Source: Anthoceros angustus (lineage: Eukaryota; Plantae; Anthocerotophyta). Taken from it: a stretch of 64,000 bases of DNA. Below the pieces are notes generated by a model that worked only from the letters and a program-made list of their open reading frames with translations, searched no databases and was not told the DNA's origin. Within the stretch, counting starts at the first letter, position 1. The number at the start of each line of letters is the position of its first letter. Positions 24,801 through 36,313 of this stretch are shown piece by piece. Where the stretch lies: positions 1,054,001 to 1,118,000 of the forward strand of contig MU008168.1 in NCBI GenBank assembly GCA_010909165.1. Direction: 5' to 3'. A program made the translations under genes and the position numbers.

Positions 24801-27800
24801 TGTCTTGCGCTCCCACTCATGAGTCCTTTGCTCCTTGTGAAGGAAGTTCGTGCGTGCAAGCTAACGTGGTCTGGTAGAGAGGGAGTTTGCGGTGAGTGCT
24901 TGGCGGAGAGCTCGCTCCTTGCGGCGCCTGCAGTTGCTCCTTGTGAATGGTTCTTTGTGAAATTGCTTTGCTTTGGGTGTGTGGCGATGCCCAAGGAACT
25001 CTCGGCTTGAGGGTAGACTACAGGAAAGACTCGGAGGTTCTCATTGTCGGTGCAAACTCATAGCAACCGCCCAAGGAAGAACTTGTTGGCTTGTAGGCGG
25101 ACCCAGGCGGTGCCGTGTGTGCAAGGGCGAGCTAGGGCCGGTGAGCTTGAAGTAAGGTTAGATTAGGAGGATGAGGAGTTGAGTTGAGGTGAGTGTATGT
25201 TGAGGAGAATGTGGAGCTGAATGTTGAGTAGAGGAGTAGGTAGAGATTAGGAGTAAGAAGAAGGCCCAAGTCGAGCCTAAGGGAGGGGTCCCAAATGCAC
25301 CAAACCGAGACCGGAAGCTAAGGTCTCAAAATCACGGGTGGAGAAGTCGCGCTACGTAGGGGGTCCCTGTGCGTGACGGTGGACCTATAGTCGTGGGGTG
25401 TGGACCTATAGTCGTGGGGTGTCGTTGTAGGTCCGTGGAGTGGTGGCGGAGCGGCGTCGAGGGTGAGTTGTGGTTGAGGTGTGCCAATTGTGGGAAGGCG
25501 ATGGGAAAGGAATAGTGGACGATCACGGGTGGTGAAGTCGCTGCAACGTAGGGGGTCCCTGTGGCCCGACCTACCGTGGGGTGTGGACCTATAGTCGTAG
25601 GGTGTCGTTGTAGGTCTAGAAGCGGTGATTGACGGAGCAGCACGGTGAGGCGTGGCTGCTGTATGTGGAGTGAGTTGAAGTTGCTCCAGCTGTGTGAGGG
25701 AGCTTGGGGGTGTGAAGAGGTGTGTGGTTTGTGCCTTGGATGCTGGTGACCTGACAAACAAGAGTCTCATGGGACGAAACCTATTGTACTTAGCGACAGT
25801 GGGATAAGTGTGGCCACTAGAGGGTGAATCTCGGAAGCCCCGGGTTTTCCTCCCACATTTTTGGCGCGCCGTTGGGACTCTTTGCTTTGGCAAGTCGGTA
25901 GTGGAAGAGGCATGAACATTGTTGAGAATCTCTAATCGGGGATGAGAAGAAGAAGTTTTATTGCGGGGCATAGAGAGGAGATCGCCGCTGATTTTTGCAA
26001 GTGGTGTGAGAGTTGCATGACGTGTAGAGGAAGAAGGCGAGAGAGAGCTCTTGCGGAGGAAGCTACATGTGCTAACATCTTCAAGGGTTCATGAGGAAGA
26101 AGAGGTAGTTTCTAAGAGCGGAGAAGGATGTGCTCACGGACAACAAGAGGAAGGAGGTTCTGTCTGGTGCAAACTCATAGCAACCGCCCAAGGAAGAACT
26201 TGTTGGCTTGTAGGCGGACCCAGGCTTGTCAAGGGCGAGCTAGGGCCGGTGAGCTTGAAGTAAGGTTAGATTAGGAGGATGAGGAGTTGAGTTGAGGTGA
26301 GTGTATGTTGAGGAGAATGTGGAGCTGAATGTTGAGTAGAGGAGTAGGTAGAGATTAGGAGTAAGAAGAAGGCCCAAGTCGAGCCTAAGGGAGGGGTCCC
26401 AAATCGCACTACCGGAAGGTCGGCTAAGGTCTCAAAATCACGGGTGGAGAAGTCGCTGCAACGTAGGGGGTCCCTGTAGACGGTGGACCTATAGTCGTGG
26501 GGTGTGGACCTACAGGATGTCGTTGTAGGTCCGTGGAGTGGTGATTGACGGAGGCGGCGGGAGTGGCCGCGCGAGTTGGTGGTTGAGGTGTGCCAATTGT
26601 GGGAAGGCGATGGGAAAGGAATAGTGGACGATCACGGGTGGTGAAGTCGCTGCAACGTAGGGGGTCCCATGTGCCGACCTCTACCGTGGGGTGTGGACCT
26701 ATAGTCGTGGGGTGTCGTTGTAGGTCTAGAAGCGGTGATTGACGGAGCAGCATGGTGAGGCGTGTGGTTGAGGTGAGTGAGTTGAGGTTGCTCCAGCTAT
26801 GTGAGGGAGCTTGGGGGTGTGAAGAGGTGTGTGGTTTGTGCCTTGGATGCTGGTGACCTGACAAACAAGACGAAACCTATTGTACTTAGCGATAGTGGGA
26901 TAAATGTGGTCACTAGAGGGTGAATCTCGGAAGCCCTGGGGTTTTCCTCCCACATTTTTGGCGCCGTTGCCGGGGGACTCTTTGCTTTGGCAAGTTGGTA
27001 GTGGAAGAGGCATGAACATTGTTGAGAATCTCTAATCGGGGGATGAGAAGAAGAAGTTTTATTGCAGGCATAGAGAGGAGATTGCCCCCGCTGATTTTTG
27101 CAAGTGGTGTGAGAGTTGCATGACATGTAGAGGAAGAAGCTGAGGAGAGAGCTCTTGCGGAGGAAGCTACATGTGCTAACATCTTCAAGGGTTCTGTTGA
27201 GGAAGAAGAGGTAGTTTTCTAAGAGCAGGAGAAGGATGTGCTCACGGACAACAAGAGGAAGGAGGTTGTCGAGGAGTTCTTGACCGGTGAGGGTCAAGAA
27301 TTGAGCCAGTTAGTAATTTCGAGGGATTTGGAGGTCGAGCTAAGAATGCGAGCATGAGAGCGCTATTCTGCGTGGGGCGTTGGTTAGAAGAAAGAGCTTG
27401 AGAGTGGGCATATGTTGTTGCTTCCGCCCAAGATTTCATGAGGATGATGTCTAGGAGGAAGTGGAGGTCGTGCTCTTGACCAATGGATAGTTTATGGAGG
27501 CTAGGTGGTGGAGGGCTTTACTTTGAGGAAGAGGGCCCACCGAGGGGACATGCTCAAGGTTCTGTTGCCTTGACTGTGGTTGAGAGGAGAACTTGAATTC
27601 GAGCTTGGAGGGCTTGGATGCTTCTTTTGGCATCAAGGAGGAAGTAATTGACGCCATTGAGCAGGTTGTGTAGCTATTCGCTGGGAGATGTCTAAGGCCA
27701 TTGAAGAGCGGGCGAGTGCTTCCAATTTATTGTCGTGGAGTGTTCTTGTTGTATCGTGACGGGTTGGTACCGTGCTCAAGATGGGGTTGCCTATGTTGCG

Positions 27801-30800
27801 AGGAGTCAAGTGGAGGAGCTATCTCAAGGAGGTTGCTTCAAGTTGCATCTCGAGGCTTTGCTTTGTCTTGATAGGAGCAGATTGGAGATGGAAGACGACA
27901 AGGAACGAGGTGGGGAGAGAGTCACTTGAAGGAATTTGGAAGAAATTTGGGGAGGAATTGTGGATTGAAGTGGACATCTTAAGGGAGGAGTGACGACCAA
28001 AGCCTTGAAGAGAGGAATTGCAAGCTTTGGAAGTTGCTGCGAAGGATTATGTGGAAATTTGGTGGGAGGCTTGGGAGCATTCATGGCACATTTAGGAGCT
28101 CTGAGGTCTTGGAATTTGGAAGATGTCCCTTCCACAACATGCACAGACAACGAGATGGAGAGGTTGTGTTTCTGCAAGGAAGTGATGTTTTGTATTTTCA
28201 CGGGAAAGTGTACGTAGCTAGGGAATCTAACATGACAACCACTTGTCACTACGATGAATGGCTGGAAGGCGATGGAGTATCTACAATGGTAGGTTGTTTG
28301 CGGGGACGCAAACAAGTGAGGTGGGGAGTATGTGGAATATGAAAGTTTGGGCACTCCTACTTTTTGGATCAAAAGGATCAAACTAGAGCAAAACTAGAAA
28401 TGAGCGAGCAGGAGAGAATTGAAGTGAAGTGGAAGAGAATTGTCAAGATCTTGAGGCAATTTGTTGGAGAATGAGGAGTAGAGGGTGAAGGCAATTAAGC
28501 CAAGGAAGTAGCTTGAGGTTGCTGCACAAGCTGATGATCTTCGCAGGCAAAGGCCGATTATTGGGGACCACCACCAAGTTTGAGGAAGGCAAAGTAATTT
28601 GCCACATGTGTGGAAGAAGTGAGACATGGCGGTGCTCATATTGCTGAGATTTTGCAGTAAGGAGGACTGCTAGGTAGAGATGTGTGGCAAGGGTTGCTGC
28701 AGGAAGATGGGCCAAGTGCCCGTAATGGTGGAATTGTGCAGGATCTGTTGCGGGGCTCTAGGTTGGGAGCTCAGCATGCGAGAGAGGAGCAGCAATTGGT
28801 GCAAGGATGGGAGCGAGGAGCTCATGTTGAGGGTGAGCAGCCACAAGGGTTGCAAGAGGAGGCCATGGCGGTGCCGAGGCACGTGGAAGTGCTCTCAGTG
28901 GAGTCACGATGTGAGGATGGCATGATATGGTCGTGTGTTGAACTAGGAAAGGCCATGGTAGAGCACTCACGGCAGGCTGAATTTGTAGCTGGGCTGCAAG
29001 ATGGAGGTGTGGCCAAACCATAGGAAGGCGGTGTTGCGGTGGGCAACATGGTGAAGGATCACAACGGCGTGCATCATGACGGCGGAATTTGCGGTGGGGC
29101 TGCAAGTCAAAGTGAAGGGAGGCCGTTGTGGTGGCCGAGGAGAAATGGATAGCAAGGAGGGTTGATACGAGATGTTGTGAGGCGTGAGAAGTTCACCGAG
29201 GATAAGTTCATTTTATTCTTGATGAGTGTTATGCACAAGCCAATTGGGTGTGTTGGACAATGGAATGTAAGAACTCCAGTTAAGCGTCCTAGGGGTGGAT
29301 CGATCGGATGGGGCACCTTTTGTGTGAGGTGTTTCAACTTATTATATTTGAAGTCACATGAGAGCCCTACGAGTAGGTGTAGGGTGATAGTTGGCCCTAC
29401 AAGAATGGAGGGGCTCATGGTGTGAAGGGAGGTGCATAGGGTGTCAGGTGAGGTGGGATGGTGTGGGATGGTAGTGGACGTGGCATGGGAGGTGTGGGAT
29501 GGTGTGGGATGGTAGTGGACGTGGGGCATGGCACTCCCCGTAGGAGGGAGGTGCACCCTACGGAGGAGGTGCACCTACGTGGAGGCGGTGAAGGAGGTGC
29601 ACTCTATGTATGTATGTATGTATTCATGTATTCATGTATTCATGTATATGGGTAGGACGGTGCGTGTCCATAAGTAGGGGCACCTTGTCCCTACAGGTAG
29701 GAACAAGTAGGGGATAGAGATGCGGTGGTATGTAGGGTGACCGGTGGCCCTACATGGGTAGGATGTAGGGTGAGGTCTCCCTACGGGGTAGTTAGGTAGG
29801 TAGATGGGTAGGGTGAGAGTGTCTCCTCCCTGTAGGGAGAAGTGAGGTCTCCCTCATTGGGCGGAGTGGGGGTGCGACACCTACTTGGATACTTGGGAAG
29901 CAAGACTTTCAACCTAGGAAGTTGTAAAGAGGCTGTATATACAAGGTTGAGGATAAATAGGGTATATTAGGAATAATAATCCATAAATATGTGGGGTAGT
30001 GTAGGGTGTTTATAACAAGTAGGGCTACTAAATCGAGGAGTGGAAATAGTGCCACATGGCAGGAATCACGGTATCAAGAGCTTGTCACTACAGGGCCATG
30101 CAAGCGGGGTGTGTAGGGAGTGGCACCTAGGAATCTGTGAGGAATCGCGAGCTTGGGCATGCAGGAAAGCTAGAGCAAGGACTTGGTGGGAGCGGTGCCG
30201 TGTGTGTGCAAGGAGAAGGAGGTGTGCGTGCATAAGGAGTTGTGTGTGAAGGGATTTGAAGCACAGTGAAGAGAGCAAGGCGCTGATTTTTGTGTGTGGA
30301 CCTTGCAAGTGAGGGATTTGGGCGCGTAAGGAGGTGTATGTTGTGAGGACATCAAGTTTGAGCTAGGTGGGGCTGGAGTGAAGAGGAAGTAAGTGGAAAA
30401 GGGGTGAAGTTGCTCTCTTGGTGGATTTGTGTGGCGAGTGAAAGCTTGCAATTATGCGCGTACAAGGCACCGGGGAGCGGGAGAAGAGCCCAACATCCGA
30501 GGTATATGGAAGGCCGTGAGGATGACTCGGAGGAGGAAGAGGAAGGCATGGAGCAAGATCCGCTCACGGAGACCTTCTTGTGGAGGCGTGGAGGCGGTAG
30601 GGCCATAAGAAGTGACCCTACGTAGGAGAGGTGTAGAGGGTGGCCCTACATCCGTAGGATCACCAGGCGGTGCGACGGCATCTAGAGGTAATTGAAGAGG
30701 TGGTGGTAGCTTGGAGGCGTGGGCTCATTGCTTGGGGAGACTTTTCTTTAGGAGGACAGCATTAATGCTTGTCAACCCGAGGGGTGTTGACTAGCTGGAT

Positions 30801-32050
30801 AGGAATGTTGAGAGCCATTAAGGCTCACATAGGTAGAATTTGCTAGAATAGAATTTCACCCAAGATGCTTGGATGTCGAACTTAAAATCGTGAGGATACA
30901 CTAAAATAAGGAGTGAGGCGGTGCCGGAGGCGCGGAGGTATGTGAGGACCTCCCTATAAAGGAGGGAGCTTGTGAAGTAAAATTATCGTGTCTTGCGCTC
31001 CCAAACTCATGAGTCCTTTGCTCCTTGTGAAGGAAGTTCGTGCTGCAAGCTAACGTGGCGTCCGGTAGAGGGAGTTTGCGGTGGTCGGAGTGCTTGGCGG
31101 AGGCTCGCTCTTGCGGGCGCCTCTGCAGTTGCTCCTTGTGAATGGTTCTTTGTGAAATTGCTTTGCTTTGGGTGTGTGGCGATGCCCAAGGAACTCTCGG
31201 CTTGAGGGTAGACTACAGGAAAGACTCGGAGGTTCTCATTGTCAGTGCAAACTCATAGCAACTGCCCAAGGAAGAACTTGTTGGCTTGTAGGCGGACCCA
31301 GGCGGTTGTCGTAAGGCGAGCTAGGGCTTGAAGCTTGAAAGGTTAGATTAGGAGGATGAGGAGTTGAGTTGAGGTGAGTGTATGTTGAGGAGAATGTGGA
31401 GCTGAATGTTGAGTAGAGGAGTAGGTAGAGATTAGGAGTAAGAAGAAGGCCCAAGTCGAGCCTAAGGGAGGGTCCCAAATGCACCAAACCGAGGGCGGAA
31501 GGGGCTAAGGTCTCAAAATCACGGGGTGGTGAAGTCGCGTTGCAGCGTAGGGGGTCCCTTGAGCGGTGGACCTACCGGTGGCGGGACCTGTTGGGATGTC
31601 GTTGTAGGTCTAGAAGCGGTGATTGACGGAGGCGGTCAGGAGTGGCGCGCTGCTGTCGAGTTGGTGGTTGAGGTGTGCCAATTGTGGGAAGGCGATGGGA
31701 AAGGAATAGTGGGCGATCACGGGGTGGTGAAGTCGCGTTGCAGCGTAGGGGGTCCCGTGTGGCCGGACCTCTACCGTGGGGTGTGGACCTATAGTCGTAG
31801 GGTGTCGTTGTAGGTCTAGAAGCGGTGATTGTGGAGGCGGCATGGTGAGGCGTGGCATGCGTGGAGTGAGTTGAAGTTGCTCCAGTGTGAGGGAGCTTGG
31901 GGGTGTGAAGAGGCGTGTGGTTTGTGCCTTGGATCTTTGGTGACCTGACAAACAAGAGTCTCATGGGACGAAACCTATTGTACTTAGCGACAGTGGGATA
32001 AGTGTGGCCACTAGAGGGTGAATCTCGGAAGCCCCGGGGTTTTCCTCCCA
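21878..32050 (-). mobile_element. Degenerate retroelement-like unit (~5.3 kb) in head-to-tail tandem with an extra internal ~1.1-kb duplication; class uncertain
   Basis: 21878-25870 recurs at 28330-32050, and 25040-26150 recurs at 26160-27250. The + strand is strongly G-rich. Only weak minus-strand protein hints are visible (zinc-knuckle-like CMLWKGHL near 28130; RT-like WVKFYSSNFTYVSLNGS near 24640). The duplications are certain, but the TE class is not. Confidence 0.55.
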
Positions 32051-35000
32051 CAACAACTCAGGGAGAGTCAGTGGAGCATTGCAGTGAACATGTAAATTCT
32101 GACGTTGAGTTTCATAGCACCTCAGTTTGGGCAGCTGGATGCAGCAAATAGGACAAGAAGCTTGATATTGCATTTGCTGTCAGCTGACTGGAGAACATGT
32201 TTGTGCAAAGCGGTCTAGTGGGGGATCATAGGGTGCTTGACGGGCTGCCCACAAATATGCTCTTCCTTTGAAGTGTCGTCTGTGAAGTATGGCAACATTC
32301 GTTCTCAACAGATTCTTTCTCGCGAAAGGTGCTCTTGGAGCCCATACTATATTTCTTTTGGGCACAGCCTGGGGTACTTGAGAGCATTGCGGTGAACTGC
32401 CTTCTCTTCTGGCATCAATCTCAGACATGTATTGGCAGGAGAACTCCACAGATCAACAAGGCGATAAGAGAGCGGAATGAAAACATGAATGCATCGGGGA
32501 AGAGATCGCTCGAGACAAGCTTTAGGTTGTCCTTTTATTCCCGTCATGGCGATATCCAAATCGGATCCACCCCCTTTATCATTGTCCAATTCCCTACTTG
32601 GGGATCACACACCAGCTCAATTTTGCTGGACTAGGGTCCGTCACGGGCACACAAGCGATGGGCACAGGCAGGTGAGCGTGTGCTTAGCTTTTATTCCAGC
32701 AAGTAGATATTCCAGATACATGGCAACTTGGCACACTACACTAATCACATTTTGTGCACTAACTTAGTGTATTATCAATCCTAACACTCTCGTTCGGACA
32801 CAAGTTAGACAAGCCCAAGTCTTTGCATATAGCGTCTGAGCTTCTCAGTAATAAGGGGCTTCGTTAAGGCTTCTGCAGGCATCTCCAGAGTGCTGCAGAC
32901 GTCAAGTGTTATTTCTTTACCTTCAAGTTTCTCCCTTAAAGAAGTGATGATGAATCTCCATGTGTTTGCTCCTCGCATTGAATATTAGATGGCACTTTGG
33001 CCATCACTGAAAATGAGGGTAGGCCCAACCTTTCGTTGACGAGTGTCTCTCAACAACTGTCGCAGCCACAAACCCTCCTTGGCCACAAAGCCTCCTTGAT
33101 AGCTTCTATTGCTGCCAAGTATTCTGCTTCCATAGAGGACAATGCGACTTTAGGCTGCCGCATGCTTTGTTAGAAAATGGCACCACCATTCATCAACATG
33201 AATAAGTATCTAGTAGTTGACCTCCATGTGTCACGATCCACCCGATATGTGAATTCCTCAAGTTTCACCATGCCATTCCTACCTCCTCCACACCTTAACT
33301 TAAGATTTTTGTCCTTATAGATATTATGACACCCTCTTAGCACCATCGGGCGCTCCCTTAGGTTCTCCAAGTCTTGGGCTTAACACCTCTTTGCGACCAT
33401 CCAATGGCGCTCCTTGGGTTCTCCAAGTACTTAGCGGCGATTGGGATAAGTGTGGCCACTAGAGGTGAATCTCGGAGGTTTTCCTCCCACAACAACTCAG
33501 GGAGAGTCAGTGGAGCATTGCAGTGAACATGTAAATTCTGACGTTGAGTTTCATAGCACCTCAGTTTGGGCAGCTGGATGCAGCAAATAGGACAAGAAGC
33601 TTGATATTGCATTTGCTGTCAGCTGACTGGAGAACATGTTTGTGCAAAACAGGTCTCGTACTTGGGGATCATAGGGTGCTTGACAGGCTGCCCACAAATA
33701 TGCTCTTCCTTTGAAGTGTCGTCTGTGAAGTATGGCAACATTCGTTCTCATGATTCTTTCTGAAGGTGCTCTTGGAGCCCATACTATGGCCTTGTGGGCA
33801 CGGGGCTGAGCTACGAGGAAGCCATTCTTGGAACTGCCTTCTCTTCGCATCAATCTCAGACATGTATTGGCAGGAGAACTCCTGAATCCCAGCAAGACGA
33901 TAAAGAGGTTGAAACGGGACAGAAAACATAGGAAGAGGTACGCCCAGGGAAGAGATCGCTCGAGACAAGCTTTAGGTTGTCCTTTTATTCCCGTCATGGC
34001 GATATCCAAATCGGATCCACCCCCTTTATCATTGTCCAATTCCCTACTTGGGGATCACACACCAGCTCAATTTCTTTGGACTGTAAAATCCGCACCTGGC
34101 GATGGGCACGAGGCGGTGGCGTGTGCTTAGCTTTTATTCCAGCAAGTAGATATTCCAGATACATGGCAACTTGGCACACTACACTAATCACATTTTGTGC
34201 ACTAACTTAGTGTATTATCAATCCTAACACTCTCGTTCGGACACAAGTTAGACAAGCCCAAGTCTTTGCATATAGCGTCGAGCCTTCGAATAAGGGGCTT
34301 CGTTAAGGCTTCTGCAGGCATCTCCAGAGTGCTGCAGACGTCAAGTGTTATTTCTTTACCTTCAAGTTTCTCCCTTAAAGAAGTGATGATGAATCTCCAT
34401 GTGTTTGCTCCTCGCATTGAATATTAGATGGCACTTTGGCCATCACTGAAAATGAGGGTAGGCCCAACCTTTCGTTGACGAGTGTCTCTCAACAACTGTC
34501 GCAGCCACAAACCCTCCTTGGCCACAAAGCCTCCTTGATAGCTTCTATTGCAGCCAAGTATTCTGCTTCCATAGAGGACAATGCGACTTTAGGCTGCCGC
34601 ATGCTTTGTTAGAAAATGGCACCACCATTCATCAACATGAATAAGTATCTAGTAGTTGACCTCCATGTGTCACGATCCCCACCCCAGTCGGCATATGTGA
34701 ATTCCTCAAGTTTCACCATGCCATTCCTACCTCCTCCACACCTTAACTTAAGATTTTTTGTCCTTATAGATATTATGACACCCTCTTAGCAGCCATCCAG
34801 TGGCGCTCCCTTAGGTTCTCCAAGTACTGGGCTTAACACCCTCTTTGCAGCCATCCAATGGCGCTCCCTTGGGTTCTCCAAGTACTAGGCTTAAAGCTCC
34901 CATTGAAGCATACATGTCACGCCTGGTAGCTAGCATCAAATACGTTAAGTAACCAACTAGCTTATTGGCTTAAAGCTCCCACTGAAGCATATATGACATC

Positions 35001-35690
35001 TTCTTAGACAAATCTCTCATTAGGAATCATCGGGGTGCTCATACATTTGCAATTTACGAGCCCAAACTTTTCAAGTAAGTTGGCCACATGCCTCTCTTGC
35101 CCTAGGTGAATCTCCCTTGTTTCTCTGTTAAAGGACAATGATTGCTTTGCTTTCAGCTTTGCAATCAAGTTCATATCATTGCTCGCTAAGATGAAATTAG
35201 CACAAAGGATATCAACACATACTTCACGTAAACGTTATGATCAGATCACTTCTCACAAATCCTTCTACCTTGAAAAAGAGATAAATCAGCAAGTACCGTT
35301 GATGTGATGACTGTTTAAGCCCATAGATGCACTTCTTCAGCTTCAATACATACCTTTCTCGTCCTTTCACCACATACAGCTTCGGCTGTCATATAAATCT
35401 CTGTAAGTCTCCATGTAAAAATGCCATAGTGTCGTCCATCTCTTAAAGCTCCAAGTCTTACTCAGCAGCCAAAGGTAACAGAGTTCAAATTGATGTCAAC
35501 TTTGCAACCGGAGAGAAGATTTCGTTATAGCCAACTCCTTCTATGTTCGCATATCTTTTGCAACGAGCCTCGCTACCTCCTTTTTCGGTCCAAGAAGCTC
35601 CCGACAAAGTTAGGGCAACTGGCAACCGAAGGAATCCAAAATGCGGCGAAGCTATTTTTCTCGGCAGGCATCCCAACCTAGAGTCGTCCG
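32050..35690 (-). mobile_element. Ty1/Copia LTR-retrotransposon remnant (RT and RNase H), with the RNase H/3' segment duplicated
   Basis: Minus-strand remnants: RT-like EGVGYNEIFSPVAKLTSI (about 35490-35550), RNase H QPKVALSSMEAEYLA, and REKLEGKEITLDVCSTLEMPAEALTKPL. 32050-33350 is repeated at 33490-34790. ~56-bp tandem units occur at 34790-34900. Confidence 0.8.
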
Positions 35691-36313
35691 CCAGCGGAGG
35701 GAAGACATGGTCTCCCTAGGGGACCATCGGGGCTGTAGTGAGCGATTGTTAAGAGAGCACCGCCCAAAGTGATAAAGCAGATTGCAATATAAAGACGACA
35801 ATTCATTGACGAGTTGGAGCTCGTCCTCCAAACTTTCAGTCTCGATTTGGCACACCCATTGCAAGTGAGTTGTAGATTGACGTTGATAGCTTGTGCAGGC
35901 TGCCCGCAACATGCACTCTAGAAAAGGCTTGGCGTCCGCCAACCTGCCATGCGGAGGATTACATTCCCATGATGTGATTGGCCAACGATGCATTCGAGCC
36001 GCACCCATTATTGGGCTGCCAGAGCATGAAGGCGGCACAGGGCAGATCCTTTTCTGCCATGCACATTTTGAGGACACACAAAAAGAGCATGTCGGAGACG
36101 ATGGCACCCTCGCTGCACCAGGGTGTCCATCTACGTATTTGGCAACCATGTTAGACTGCGTTCCAATTGTTTGGTTTTGGTGTCCAAAAGGACATGGGTA
36201 CCCATTACAAAACCGTCTTCACTGCCCTTCAGGGTGGTGTGGTGATATACGGTACCTGGGCATCCTGCCATAGTCTGTTTTTAGACTCATCTTCCGACAG
36301 GGGTCCCTCAACG

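Noticed and set aside
25040-27250. b-c-d blocks considered as paired LTRs
   Set aside because: The junction is explained by GGAGGTT microhomology, and the blocks run continuously into flanking element sequence. No TG..CA termini, PBS or PPT were identified.
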